Notes: a model not told the origin generated them from the letters alone. A DNA stretch of 64,000 nucleotides from an uncultured Pseudomonadales bacterium (GCA_964398525.1 CAYNMS010000001.1:6569-70568); one strand, 5' to 3'; positions 39,456 to 51,225 are shown, numbered from the stretch's first letter. Made by a program: numbers and translations.

Positions 39456-42034
39456 ATCTGCAACAGTACCTTATTCCCTATTTTTATCTGATAATCATGA
39501 TGAATAAAGATCCATTTCACCGCTTCAATCATCGTGATGTTAATAAGTCCCATTACTAACAGAAGCAGCAATTCCAGCATACTTAGCGGTACCGTCTCAA
39601 GCATTCGACTTATGCTCGGCACATAAAGCCCACTCATCATCAATAAAAACCCGACCAGCACTGCCACCAGTAAAAATTTATTATTAGTCAAATTCTCATT
39701 CCATAGATTTGCCCGCAGACTTTTAATCGAAAATATATAAAGTAGTGAATTAGTTCCCACTCCCACAAACATAAACGTCCTTAATGCCTCTACCGTTTCA
39801 CCTTTTGAGTATAACCACCAATAAAGACCCAATAGCATTAAGTTCGAAATCACCCCCACAGCCAGTATTAAACTTCTGATTTCTGCGTCCAATATTGGTT
39901 TATTTCTCGCCCTTGGTTTCTCCTCCATCACTCCCTCATCACTCAAATCAAATGCCAAAGCCACTCCCGGCAAACCATCTTCCACTAAATTAATCCACAA
40001 TATTTGAATTGCCGTCAGTGGCAAAGGTAATCCCAATATCAAACTTCCGCCAATCAAAATCAATTCCTGAAACGCATCAGTCAATAGATATGTAACCACT
40101 TTGCGCATGGTTTCATAAATAACCCTCCCCTCCCGAATCGCCTCTACAATCGTCTTAAAGTTACTGTTAAGAAGTACCATGTCCGCCGTCTGCTTACTCA
40201 CATCACTGGCTTCATTCACCACCACTCCTATATCCGAAGCCTTCAACGCCGGAGCATCATTAACTCCATCCCCAGTCATGGCTACCACTTCCCCTTTTTC
40301 CTTCAAAGCTGTTACTATCGCCAATTTTTGGTCCGGTGTAGTCCTGGCAAACAACACAATCTCACCAATTCTCTTCTTCAGTTGCCTTTGTGTCAGTTCC
40401 TTTAATTCGTCTCCAGTTATCACTTGTTCATCAGACAGTTCTCCATGCTCACCTAGAAGTTTCTTTAAGACTGCCACGGCTGTATCTTTGTAGTCACCCG
40501 TAATCACCTTAACTTCCACTCCTGCTCTCCTGGCAGCCAACAATGACTCTGCCACCTCAGGTCTTAATGGATCCTCAAACGCCAAAAATCCCTGCCACCC
40601 CAAATCACTAAGTTTCTTCTCTACTTCTCCACTCGTCTTAACTCTTTTACTCGCCATCCCAATCAATCTATACCCCTGTTTGGCCATTTCCTTAATTTTT
40701 TGTAGTTCCTCTCGTTTTCTCTTCGGAGACATATAAGAGTGGTTTAGTACTACCTCCGGCGCCCCGGCCATACTCACCAAATAATCTTTAGTGTCTCGAT
40801 TCAAACTGGCCATATACTTATTCGCCGAAGAAAATGGGATTTCATCTACTCGTTCAAATTTCTTCCTCACTTCTGCCACAGTTTTCTGTGTGATTCTTTT
40901 TACTTGGGTCTTATCCATCTCTTGTTTAGCCCACGCCGACATTGCCAACCCTTCCTCATCCCTTTCATCGTTGGCTAGTATTGACGTCAAAACCAGTCCG
41001 TCTCTTTCTCCCACAAACTCAACTACTCGCATCTTTCCCTCAGTCAAAGTACCAGTCTTATCGCAACAAATCACCGACACGCTCCCCAAGGTCTCAGCCG
41101 CCACCAGTTTTCTCACTAATGCCTTACGCCTCAAAATCCGCTGCATGCCTAAAGCCAATATTACCGTCATCGAAACCGCCAGTCCTTCAGGAATTGCCGC
41201 CACCGCCATCGCCACCGCTGTCTTGAACATTTCCGCCACCGGCTCTCCTCTAACCACTCCAATCACCATAATTATCCCCGTCGCTCCCACCACAATGTAC
41301 ATCAACACTTTAGCCAACTCCGCCAATTTCACCTGAAGCGGCGTATCTTCTTCCTCAGTTGTGCTCAAACTCTGAGCAATCTTTCCCATCTCCGTTTTAT
41401 TTCCTGTTGCCAACACCAACATCTCCCCCACCCCTCCCGCCACCGTCGTCCCCATATACACAAACCCCTCTGCTTTCTTGTCATGAGGTCCGGGTATAAC
41501 TAACTCATCCAAACTTTCAATTTTTTCCCACTTAGCCACATTCTTAGACACCGGCCGACTCTCACCGGTCAATAACGCCTCATTCACCGACAGTAAATTC
41601 TCCTCAATCACCACTCCATCAGCCGGTATACTCCCTCCCGAATCCAAAAGCACGATATCCCCCGGCACCAATTTACTCATCAATATCTTCTCTTGCTTTC
41701 CATCCCGTCTCACCCTTACTTGTGGCTTCAAATAACTTTTCAGCGCCTCCAACGACTTGGCCGCTTTCCATTCCTGCCAAAACCCCAGCGTTGCATTCAC
41801 CACCACTACACCCAAAATTATTGCCGTGTCCAGCCACTCTTTCAAATAAATGGTTACCGCACCGGCAAACAACAACACATAAATCAATGGTGACATAAAC
41901 TGCGATACCAACAGTTTTCCCACCGAATACTCCCGCTTTTGTTCAAACTCATTCGCCCCCACCATCACCAATCGCTTTCTGGCTTCTTGGCTACTCAAAC
42001 CATATTCCAAATCAGTTAAGGGCAGTTTTCTCAC
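39452..42034 (-). CDS. P-type cation-transporting ATPase (type II, Ca2+-ATPase-like)
   Basis: Phosphorylation motif CCDKTGTLTEG, hinge MTGDGVNDAPALKASDIGV, PEGL motif in M4 (IPEGLAVSMT), TGES actuator motif. 860 aa. Confidence 0.9.
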   Translation of the reverse strand: MRKLPLTDLEYGLSSQEARKRLVMVGANEFEQKREYSVGKLLVSQFMSPLIYVLLFAGAVTIYLKEWLDTAIILGVVVVNATLGFWQEWKAAKSLEALKSYLKPQVRVRRDGKQEKILMSKLVPGDIVLLDSGGSIPADGVVIEENLLSVNEALLTGESRPVSKNVAKWEKIESLDELVIPGPHDKKAEGFVYMGTTVAGGVGEMLVLATGNKTEMGKIAQSLSTTEEEDTPLQVKLAELAKVLMYIVVGATGIIMVIGVVRGEPVAEMFKTAVAMAVAAIPEGLAVSMTVILALGMQRILRRKALVRKLVAAETLGSVSVICCDKTGTLTEGKMRVVEFVGERDGLVLTSILANDERDEEGLAMSAWAKQEMDKTQVKRITQKTVAEVRKKFERVDEIPFSSANKYMASLNRDTKDYLVSMAGAPEVVLNHSYMSPKRKREELQKIKEMAKQGYRLIGMASKRVKTSGEVEKKLSDLGWQGFLAFEDPLRPEVAESLLAARRAGVEVKVITGDYKDTAVAVLKKLLGEHGELSDEQVITGDELKELTQRQLKKRIGEIVLFARTTPDQKLAIVTALKEKGEVVAMTGDGVNDAPALKASDIGVVVNEASDVSKQTADMVLLNSNFKTIVEAIREGRVIYETMRKVVTYLLTDAFQELILIGGSLILGLPLPLTAIQILWINLVEDGLPGVALAFDLSDEGVMEEKPRARNKPILDAEIRSLILAVGVISNLMLLGLYWWLYSKGETVEALRTFMFVGVGTNSLLYIFSIKSLRANLWNENLTNNKFLLVAVLVGFLLMMSGLYVPSISRMLETVPLSMLELLLLLVMGLINITMIEAVKWIFIHHDYQIKIGNKVLLQI

Positions 42035-42098
42035 TCCCTCATCGTATCAGATATCCCGTCCCCACTAAACAATCAACTCAAGTAAATTTTAACCAACT

Positions 42099-43895
42099 CT
42101 ACACAATCCTCTTCAACTCTTCTGCGCTGGTCGCCTGTTCTGGATCTTTATCATCTCTAAACTTAACCAGTCTTGGAAATCTCAATGCCAATTTTGCCGT
42201 GTGTATCGGAGATTTAGTAATCTCATCCGCCGCTATCTCCACAACTAGCCCTGGAGCCAGCCACACATCCGCAGCTAAATTCTTGACCACCTCATATTCC
42301 TTCGGTTTTTGATTTACCGCCAGCTTGTCGGCTCTAGACTTCATCTCTCGCCATTGTTCATCTGTCAACCCCGTCCCAATCTTAGACAAGCTATAAAATT
42401 TACCTTCTTCAAATCCGTCTCCCTCCCCTCTTACTCCTACCAAAAACGCACCAATCCCAAACCTCGATCTTTTACCCCTCCCCGCGTAATACCCTAAAAC
42501 CATTGGGTCTACCGTATCCGATAATTTAGCCGCCGAACCCTCGATTTCTTTAAACTTCACCCAACTCCAACCTCTTCTGCCAGGCTCATAGACTCCATCC
42601 CACTTTTTCACCATCGCCCCTTCTAAGCCCTCAGCCAATTGATGGGCATGATACTCTCTTATCGCCTCTGCCCTTTCGGTTACCAACACTTCAGGCACTT
42701 CTAGTAACTCTCCATTAACCACTGTCTCTTCCAATATTTTTCGTCGCTCACTAAAAGGTAGTTTCACCAAACTCTTTCCATCTTTGTACAAAATGTCATA
42801 TACAAAAAACTTAATTGGTATCTCTTTAGCCGCTGCCGCAATTCCGTGTTTTCTCTTCCTCTGTATTGTCTCCTGAAACGGTCGCAGTGCCCCGGTTTCG
42901 GGATCAATCCCCACTCCCTCACTATCCAAAATCACCTCTTCTGCTTTCAAGTACTTCCCCACTTCCATTAGTTCCGGAAACATCTCACTCGTCTCATCCA
43001 AGTTTCGTGTAAAAGTCCTCACTTCCTCATTCATTCCCAGGTTTAATTCCAATAAGCTATCTTGTTCTTTCTTTGTTTCTTCTCGACCCATTCCTCCTCT
43101 TCTAAAATGTATCTGAACTCTTGTTCCGTCATACTTAGGTTCCACTGCCACTTTTCCCATCTTCTTAACCATCTCATCCGCACTTTTAAGTCTTTGTGCC
43201 AGTGCCGGAATTACCGGTACTCCCAATTCCACCTCCACTCTCTCTTCAACCTCATCACCAGAAAACTGTTTTACTAGTCTTGCAATTTTACCGATATCCG
43301 GGGAAATTTGATACGCCCCCTCCAATTGTTTCCGTTTCTCCTTTCCGCCAGTCTCCATCCATGAAAGCGCATCCAGAATCGTCATATCCGAAAATCCAAG
43401 TCTCAATTTCCCCACCACCATCCTGCCTACATACTTACCAGAAATCTCATCCAGCTCCCTAAATAATTCTGCCAAACCTGCTACTTTCCTTTCTTGGCTC
43501 CCCTGCCCCTGATCCGTGGCGATTTCAACCAATCGTTCATAGACATCCAAAATCCCCAACCCATCGCTTTCAGCCATTTCTTGAGAATTTATGTTATCGA
43601 TCTTAAATCGACCCACCACTCCCCCCAAATCACCCAACTTATTATATTCTGCCCTTACCGCTTCTACGTTTAATCCAAACGCCAAGGCTATCGCCCTCAT
43701 CACCATCTTTTCTGCCAAATTAAATTCCAGTCTGTCAAACTTGGGTCTCAATTGCCCCAAGCTCAAATTCACCACTACCGAAATCTCCTCTTCACTCACC
43801 TTGCCAAACAACTCTGCCAACAACGCTGTCATCTCCAGCCGAGAGGGTGTTTTCTCTAACCTCTCAAAATAGGCTGACAATTCACTAAATTTCAT
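42099..43895 (-). CDS. ATP-dependent DNA ligase (archaeal/eukaryotic Lig-I-type with N-terminal DNA-binding domain)
   Basis: Adenylation motif I AVEPKYDGTRVQIH (KxDGxR), downstream nucleotidyltransferase and OB-fold motifs. 598 aa. Confidence 0.85.
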   Translation of the reverse strand: MKFSELSAYFERLEKTPSRLEMTALLAELFGKVSEEEISVVVNLSLGQLRPKFDRLEFNLAEKMVMRAIALAFGLNVEAVRAEYNKLGDLGGVVGRFKIDNINSQEMAESDGLGILDVYERLVEIATDQGQGSQERKVAGLAELFRELDEISGKYVGRMVVGKLRLGFSDMTILDALSWMETGGKEKRKQLEGAYQISPDIGKIARLVKQFSGDEVEERVEVELGVPVIPALAQRLKSADEMVKKMGKVAVEPKYDGTRVQIHFRRGGMGREETKKEQDSLLELNLGMNEEVRTFTRNLDETSEMFPELMEVGKYLKAEEVILDSEGVGIDPETGALRPFQETIQRKRKHGIAAAAKEIPIKFFVYDILYKDGKSLVKLPFSERRKILEETVVNGELLEVPEVLVTERAEAIREYHAHQLAEGLEGAMVKKWDGVYEPGRRGWSWVKFKEIEGSAAKLSDTVDPMVLGYYAGRGKRSRFGIGAFLVGVRGEGDGFEEGKFYSLSKIGTGLTDEQWREMKSRADKLAVNQKPKEYEVVKNLAADVWLAPGLVVEIAADEITKSPIHTAKLALRFPRLVKFRDDKDPEQATSAEELKRIV

Positions 43896-43970
43896 CCTAT
43901 CTCCTGTCTAAATCTCTCTGATTTTAACCTCTTGGGCTATACTTTGCACACCCACTCAGTACTCAAACTC

Positions 43971-45062
43971 TCAATTCTTCAACACGTAGTATGCCCCTTT
44001 AGTTTTCCCCTTCTTCTCCACCACTCCCTTATCAATCAAATCTTTAAAGTCTCTAAGCACTGTGTCCGGTGATACCATCGGCAACAAATCATTCGCCTCC
44101 GGTGTTGTCAGCTTACCCTGCTGGTTGAGTACTTCAATCAACTTTATCTGCCTCTCACTCAAAGCCACCTGTTGCCCCAGAGTTCCCTTTAATTTCATAT
44201 CTCTCGACAACTTCAACACTTGGTTTTTCACTGCATCTAATTCATTAGCCAGTCCCCAACAAAAATACTCCAACCATTCCGTCAGATCCATACTCTCCCC
44301 TTCACCCACACTCGCCAAAGCCTGGTAGTATCTCAATGCATCCCTGTCAAAATACTCTTCCAACGAGAAAAAGCGCTTTACATCATACCCTTCTCCATAC
44401 AACACCAAAGTTGCCAAAGCTCTAGCTGCCCGCCCATTCCCATCCGTAAACGGATGAATTCTAACCAATTCATAGTGAGTTATTCCTGCCCGCAATACCG
44501 AGTGATGTGCCCGACCGCTATCGCTGTTTAACCAAAAGAAAAACTCTTCAATCGCAATCGGCACCTCAACCGCTGGCGGTGGCATAAAAGTCAGTTCTCC
44601 TGTTTTAGAGTTTCTTATCGCCACCTGCACTTTCCGGTATTGGCCCGCCTCATCCTCCGGCAGAATTCTCTCCACCGCCTTTCGGTGCAAAGTCTTTAAG
44701 ATGTCATCAGAAAAGGTTACTGGCTGGGACAATTTCATTCCCCACTCCTCAATCCACCCTAATACATTCCTATAATTAATCACTTCCTGCACATCTCGTT
44801 CTCGCCCGCTCATTCCCGCTCTCTCTGCCACCGTTTCTGCTCGCTCTCCGTCCATTACCACCACTCTTTCAGCCTGAGACAGTGACAATTCATTTCCCTC
44901 TATCGCCGTTCCATGATGCACACTTCGCACCAATGCATCCTGTCTAAACTTAGCCTCCCATGCTGGCACCAGCGCGGCATGCTCAACCACTTCCCTTGCG
45001 CCATCAATCTTGCCAATGCTTTTTAAGATTTGGTGGGTAATTACATATCTGGGTTCAAACAC
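43971..45062 (-). CDS. Fic-domain protein (putative AMPylator) with C-terminal winged-HTH
   Basis: Core motif HPFTDGNGRAARAL (HPFx[D/E]GNGR). N-terminal HHGTAIEGNE resembles the inhibitory-helix region. The C-terminal ~70 aa are HTH-like. Confidence 0.85.
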   Translation of the reverse strand: MFEPRYVITHQILKSIGKIDGAREVVEHAALVPAWEAKFRQDALVRSVHHGTAIEGNELSLSQAERVVVMDGERAETVAERAGMSGRERDVQEVINYRNVLGWIEEWGMKLSQPVTFSDDILKTLHRKAVERILPEDEAGQYRKVQVAIRNSKTGELTFMPPPAVEVPIAIEEFFFWLNSDSGRAHHSVLRAGITHYELVRIHPFTDGNGRAARALATLVLYGEGYDVKRFFSLEEYFDRDALRYYQALASVGEGESMDLTEWLEYFCWGLANELDAVKNQVLKLSRDMKLKGTLGQQVALSERQIKLIEVLNQQGKLTTPEANDLLPMVSPDTVLRDFKDLIDKGVVEKKGKTKGAYYVLKN

Positions 45063-45189
45063 TTATTTCTCCTTATACTCCCTAGAACTGCTTCCCTATT
45101 CTTGCATTTCTTGCGCTAATTCTCAAGCAGTTTATGCTACACATTAATACTTCCTTGTGGTCCGTTTTCTTTTCAAGCAAAATTAACAA

Positions 45190-45438
45190 ATGAACCATTT
45201 AGAAAAGGAAAAAATTACTCTCGATTCTCCCTCTTTGACAGTAGCAAAGCTTACAAACTTGCTTCACACCATCGATCAATTTTTTTTCCCATCTATTGAT
45301 CCCGATTTTGATCCCACGTTGGAAGGTACCGAAGTTGCTCCTAACACTTATCTTATTGGTCAAACCTACTATCGCCTGGATGAAAACCACCCTCAATTTA
45401 AAGATTATTCCCTCCAAACGCTCGATTCTGCTTCCTAG
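45190..45438 (+). CDS. hypothetical small protein (82 aa)
   Basis: ORF diverging from the Fic gene. No motif recognised. Confidence 0.3.
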   Translation: MNHLEKEKITLDSPSLTVAKLTNLLHTIDQFFFPSIDPDFDPTLEGTEVAPNTYLIGQTYYRLDENHPQFKDYSLQTLDSAS

Positions 45439-45470
45439 CCTTTCTCAGCCTCTCCTGCTAAAATCCCTTC

Positions 45471-45770
45471 ATGGCTAAAAAAATCGCAGTCCCAGAATCC
45501 TCTAAAGAATTGCCCCTTGCAGTAGTTAGACAAATGATCACCCTTGCCACTTCCGGCTTTGGTTTAGTGGCTGCCCTAGCCTGGAACGAGTTTGTCAAAT
45601 CAGTCATCGAAGGCTATATCCGCCCCTATCTTCCCTCCGGCTCTCCGGTTATCTCCCTGCTTATTTATGCCATCATCGTCACTTCCTTGGCCGTTATCAT
45701 CACTCTCCAACTCGCCAAAATCGAAAAACGCCTTCAACGCGAAAAAGAAGCCGAAGCCGCCAAAAAATAA
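45471..45770 (+). CDS. small two-TM membrane protein (99 aa) with basic C-terminal tail
   Basis: TM1 LATSGFGLVAALAWNEF and TM2 VISLLIYAIIVTSLAVIITL. Loose resemblance to the MscL TM1 pattern (LAVAVVIGAAFG..V). Low-confidence functional call. Confidence 0.4.
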   Translation: MAKKIAVPESSKELPLAVVRQMITLATSGFGLVAALAWNEFVKSVIEGYIRPYLPSGSPVISLLIYAIIVTSLAVIITLQLAKIEKRLQREKEAEAAKK

Positions 45771-45772
45771 TC

Positions 45773-46666
45773 CTATTTCCGACCCAACTCCTTGGCTATT
45801 TCTTCCACTAAATCACTGCTGTTATAGTAAACTCCCACACTCTCATAAAGCCTGTCTGCAGCCTTCTTCAATACGAAACTTGAGCTCCCTGCCGCCACCA
45901 TTGGTTCATTTCTGGCTAACATTCCTCCCACCAGTCCTGCCAACACATCCCCCGTTCCTCCCTTAGTCAAACCTTCATTTCCTCCGACTATCAAAACACA
46001 CTCATCCCTCCTGCACACTATATCCTCCACGGATTTAGACAAAATTGTTACTCCCCCCAACCTTTGTGACAGGTCAGACAAGATTTTACCCCTTTCTTCT
46101 CTTATCTCCTCATCTGCTCTGTTCTGCATTTCCTCTAGCCGAGTCTTAATTTCAATTAGCCCGAGCTTTTCCACCAATCGTTTCAATTCACCCCAATGAG
46201 GTGTAATTATCATGTTTTCCGTCAGTTTTGTCGGGTCACATTCTTGTAATGCCCCACCGTCCACCACCCACTTTTTATCAGGAAACTTGCCTAGTAACTC
46301 ATTTACAATCTCCTCTGTGCTTCTTTCCCCCTCCATCAAGCCTTCTTTTCGAGGCATTCCCGGACCGATTATCACCACATCATCTTCCTTAATATAACTC
46401 TCCACCTCACCCCAATCCACCACAATCCCATTCCAAAAGCCTCCTTTAATTCTCTTTCTCACCACTTCATTATTTTCATTAGCACTCGACGTAAAATGTA
46501 CCAAGTCCACTATTTTACTCGCCACATCCGCACTCCAAAAAATCGATGCATGAAACAACTTGCTTCCGCCTATCACCAACACCCTTCCGTTTTCACCCTT
46601 ATGTGAGTCCTTAGCTGGACGCACTAATTTACTCAAATCTTCTCTGGTAAACTCGCTCATTTTCAT
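45773..46666 (-). CDS. nnrD: ADP-dependent (S)-NAD(P)H-hydrate dehydratase (YjeF C-terminal domain / Nnr)
   Basis: GRVLVIGGSKLFHASIFWSA and the C-terminal GGTGDVLAGLVGGMLA motifs of the carbohydrate-kinase-like YjeF_C family. Confidence 0.8.
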   Translation of the reverse strand: MKMSEFTREDLSKLVRPAKDSHKGENGRVLVIGGSKLFHASIFWSADVASKIVDLVHFTSSANENNEVVRKRIKGGFWNGIVVDWGEVESYIKEDDVVIIGPGMPRKEGLMEGERSTEEIVNELLGKFPDKKWVVDGGALQECDPTKLTENMIITPHWGELKRLVEKLGLIEIKTRLEEMQNRADEEIREERGKILSDLSQRLGGVTILSKSVEDIVCRRDECVLIVGGNEGLTKGGTGDVLAGLVGGMLARNEPMVAAGSSSFVLKKAADRLYESVGVYYNSSDLVEEIAKELGRK

Positions 46667-46953
46667 CTTCCCAGTTTAGCATAACCACCCCAAAACATTT
46701 GCTACAATCAATCCAAATGAAAATCCTTGTTCTCCTCTTTCTGCTCCTTCTTATCTCCACTCTCCTACCCACTATTTACTACCAACAGACTACCACTTGT
46801 CTAAATGAAACTGATTGCACTACCCAATCAGACTGGCTCACTGGTCCCAGCCTAGCTTCCCGATTCTTCAACCAACTCAAAGGGCTTTAGTCTCCTCTTT
46901 CCACCCCAGAATCAAACTCTCATCTGTTTATCACTAAACTTTTCCTTAGGTTT

Positions 46954-48252
<1,299 letters not shown>

Positions 48253-48321
48253 TTATCTAATTGGTTACACCGAGCTTAATTATACCGTTCTTGCCTAATT
48301 TTCCCAACCAAATTCACATCT

Positions 48322-48681
48322 TCAACGGCTCACCCAGCCTAAGCAATAAGTTTTCATTGGTGCAGGATAATAAGGCTTATTCACACTCAAACCCACCGAA
48401 GTCAATCTTATCCCCTTACACACGCATTTAGTCAACGCATATCTCTGCTCATCATAATTAGCCACTGCTTCTCCGCAGGCTGGCACCGGTAGCTCTAAAG
48501 CACCGATTATATACCACAACCCGATTTTTAGTAGATACCAAGAAAACAAAGTGATCAACCCGATGCTGCCAATTTGCTTTATCTTCTCCCACCAACTCTT
48601 TTCTGCCACTTTTACATTTCTTAATTGAAACATGTTCACTCTCCTAAAATCACGATCTAACTCATTATAGTCCGTATTCAC
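48322..48681 (-). CDS. hypothetical membrane protein with Cys cluster (119 aa)
   Basis: One or two TM segments (IGSIGLITLFSWYLLKIGLWYIIGAL), then CGEA...CVCKG. No motif recognised. Confidence 0.35.
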   Translation of the reverse strand: MNTDYNELDRDFRRVNMFQLRNVKVAEKSWWEKIKQIGSIGLITLFSWYLLKIGLWYIIGALELPVPACGEAVANYDEQRYALTKCVCKGIRLTSVGLSVNKPYYPAPMKTYCLGWVSR

Positions 48682-48730
48682 TTCGTCTTAATAACCAAAA
48701 AAGTCGTCTTTTACAATACTTCCCATCGTT

Positions 48731-49303
48731 TCACATCTTTAACTTTTCCTCATATAACGGCAAGTAATCTACCTCTTCGCCAACCAAATTGCTTTCATAC
48801 ACCACCACTCTCTCCACTTGCACCCTGTGGGGTATTTGCCAATTTATCTTTTTGGCAATTTCCTTCCCTATTTCGCCCTTCAATTTCCAACTGGCTTTCG
48901 CCTCAACTCTCCCCAAAGTTACATGCGGTCTAAACGCTTGAAAATCATCAAAGCCCAATTGTTCCAACTCCAACTTAATTTTCTTCCTCAGTGAAGCCAA
49001 GCTTTTCAAATCCCCTTTTAGTCCCATCCACACCACTTTTGGCCAAACTAAATCAGGAAACGCACCCAATCCTTTAAATTCCAATTCCATCTCCCCCACC
49101 CCCACACACGCCTTCTTTACCGCCCCCACCACCACCTCTATTCTGGCCTCTTCAACTTCACCCAAAAATACCAGTGTCACGTGCCAGTTGTCTCTCTTCA
49201 CCCACTTTACCGGCCAATGCTTCCGCTCCAGTTGTTTCATCACTTTGTCTATTCCTCTTTTTGCTTCTTGTGTTAAAGGCACTCCCACAAACACTCGCTT
49301 CAT
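48731..49303 (-). CDS. thpR: RNA 2',3'-cyclic phosphodiesterase (2H phosphoesterase, ThpR/LigT)
   Basis: Two H-x-T-x motifs (HVTLVFLG and HVTLGRV) about 80 aa apart. 190 aa. Confidence 0.8.
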   Translation of the reverse strand: MKRVFVGVPLTQEAKRGIDKVMKQLERKHWPVKWVKRDNWHVTLVFLGEVEEARIEVVVGAVKKACVGVGEMELEFKGLGAFPDLVWPKVVWMGLKGDLKSLASLRKKIKLELEQLGFDDFQAFRPHVTLGRVEAKASWKLKGEIGKEIAKKINWQIPHRVQVERVVVYESNLVGEEVDYLPLYEEKLKM

Positions 49304-49325
49304 CCGCTCATTCTAACAAACTAGC

Positions 49326-49769
49326 CTACCCCCTCCACTCCAACCTTACAATCTCTGTCTTAATTTGTTCCCCACCCTGATATACTCCTACTTTTACTTC
49401 CACTGCCTCCCTTTCGTAGTCCATCGGGTCAAACATAATTTGACCACTCCAACTGTTTCCCTCACCATTCAATCCACAAAACATAGTTTGCTCCCTCACG
49501 CCTCCATCTACTACCCAAGCATAATCACCTGTAATAACTAAGTCAAAGACTCCATCTCTACCTCTGTCCGGTTTTTTTACTGTCAGATCATATACTTTAT
49601 CTCTCCCTACCTCAGTTACTGGTTCATGGCTATCAATCCCATGCGGCAACACCCTAACCCACTCACCCTCTTTCCATTCTTCCTCCTTCATTTCTTGGTC
49701 TCGATCCACATCCTCGCCTTCCACTCCCTTATAGATTTTCTCAATTATTCTCAAATCTTCAATTCCCAT
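49326..49769 (-). CDS. hypothetical protein (147 aa)
   Basis: Complete ORF between thpR and recF. No motif recognised. Confidence 0.4.
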   Translation of the reverse strand: MGIEDLRIIEKIYKGVEGEDVDRDQEMKEEEWKEGEWVRVLPHGIDSHEPVTEVGRDKVYDLTVKKPDRGRDGVFDLVITGDYAWVVDGGVREQTMFCGLNGEGNSWSGQIMFDPMDYEREAVEVKVGVYQGGEQIKTEIVRLEWRG

Positions 49770-49793
49770 ACACTAAACTAACATATTCACACT

Positions 49794-50867
49794 TCACAAT
49801 TCAATCACCTTCATCTCTTTGCTCCACACCGGAATCTGTTCATTGTCAGCTGTGGTGATGATTGTTTGCTGTCGCTCCAGTTGTTCCCAAATCAACTGCC
49901 GATGCCCTCTGTCCAATTCCGACATAATGTCATCCAAGAGTAAAATCGGCCTTTCTCCACTCATTTTCTCCACAAATTCCATCGACAAAAGTTTAAGCCA
50001 CAACACCCCCAGTCTCTGCTCACCCCTGGATCCAAACGCCATCAAACTCCTTTCCTTTCCCTTCATCACCTTCTTCACTTCAATATCATCCCGGTGCGGC
50101 CCCACCAAAGTGTAACCGGCTGCCAATTCCTTTTGTTTATACTCCTCCAACCGTCTCTCGCTCATCACGCTCACCTCATAACTCGCACTCAAACCAAATT
50201 CTTTGTAAGTCTGCGTGTGATTAAAATAGTCCACCATCGCCCTCCTCTTCTCTTGCACATAAGTCCCGTTTTTAATTACCGACTGGTCCCAGTATCCCAA
50301 GGCTTGCCTCCCAGTCCTTCCTTCTCTAATCATCTCCAGAATTTTATTCCGTCTTCTCAAAGCATTTCCATAAGCCTTCAGGTTTCTCCCGTACTCGCCA
50401 TCAATCTGTGTCAGCACTTCATCCAAAAACTGTCTCCTCCTGGCCGGACTGCCCTCCACAATTCTCATGTCCTCCGGCCTAAACACCACGGCAAATAAGT
50501 TCTCCATAAACTTACTCCTATTTCTCCCCACTCCATTTACCAAAAATCGCCTTTTATTCACTCTCTTGCCTGCCACTACTCCTCTGGTAATCACAACTTG
50601 TAGCTCAGTTTCCTCTTCCTCTCCATTACTCACCTTTGCTCCCACATGAGCGACCTCTGCTCCAAAGTTCACCATCTCCTCCACTCTTCCCTCCCTAAAA
50701 CTCTCACCGGTGGATACCAACCAAATTGCCTCCAATACATTAGTTTTACCCGCTGTGTTTGGACCCACAATGATATTTGTTCGCTCTAAATTTGCTTCAA
50801 AAGCTACATGATTGCGAAAATTCATCAACACTAGTTTATTAATCTTCATGTGCTTGGATTCTAACAC
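49794..50867 (-). CDS. recF: DNA replication and repair protein RecF
   Basis: N-terminal MKINKLVLMNFRNH, Walker A GPNTAGKTNVLEAI, signature and Walker B (ILLLDDIMSELD). Confidence 0.9.
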   Translation of the reverse strand: MLESKHMKINKLVLMNFRNHVAFEANLERTNIIVGPNTAGKTNVLEAIWLVSTGESFREGRVEEMVNFGAEVAHVGAKVSNGEEEETELQVVITRGVVAGKRVNKRRFLVNGVGRNRSKFMENLFAVVFRPEDMRIVEGSPARRRQFLDEVLTQIDGEYGRNLKAYGNALRRRNKILEMIREGRTGRQALGYWDQSVIKNGTYVQEKRRAMVDYFNHTQTYKEFGLSASYEVSVMSERRLEEYKQKELAAGYTLVGPHRDDIEVKKVMKGKERSLMAFGSRGEQRLGVLWLKLLSMEFVEKMSGERPILLLDDIMSELDRGHRQLIWEQLERQQTIITTADNEQIPVWSKEMKVIEL

Positions 50868-51225
50868 TCCTATCTAATCCGCTTTCTCTCATAATCCTTA
50901 TTCCCTCACCATCCAAGTGTATGCACATCCCTGCAATTAAAGCATTTAACACTACTAGGGTTTTTAGCTCTTCATCAAGATCATTGAATCCAAACCATCC
51001 ATCCCCCATCCGAATTTTGCCAGTCTTCGTTGCTTCTACCGCCAACCTCACTCCCTTTTCAAAATTCAACCCTAATTCTTTTAAACTCTCTCGTTCACTC
51101 ACCAGTTCCACCCAGTCTCCCCACAACAAATACCACTTTCCCAAATCGTTGTTAAACTCCTCATCTTCATAATCTCCAAATATGGCAACCAAATCTCCAA
51201 TAAATTTTTGCTGCCTTTCACTCAT
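50839..51225 (-). CDS. hypothetical protein (128 aa)
   Basis: Complete ORF overlapping recF start by 29 nt and the NUDIX gene end by 8 nt. No motif recognised. Confidence 0.4.
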   Translation of the reverse strand: MSERQQKFIGDLVAIFGDYEDEEFNNDLGKWYLLWGDWVELVSERESLKELGLNFEKGVRLAVEATKTGKIRMGDGWFGFNDLDEELKTLVVLNALIAGMCIHLDGEGIRIMRESGLDRSVRIQAHED

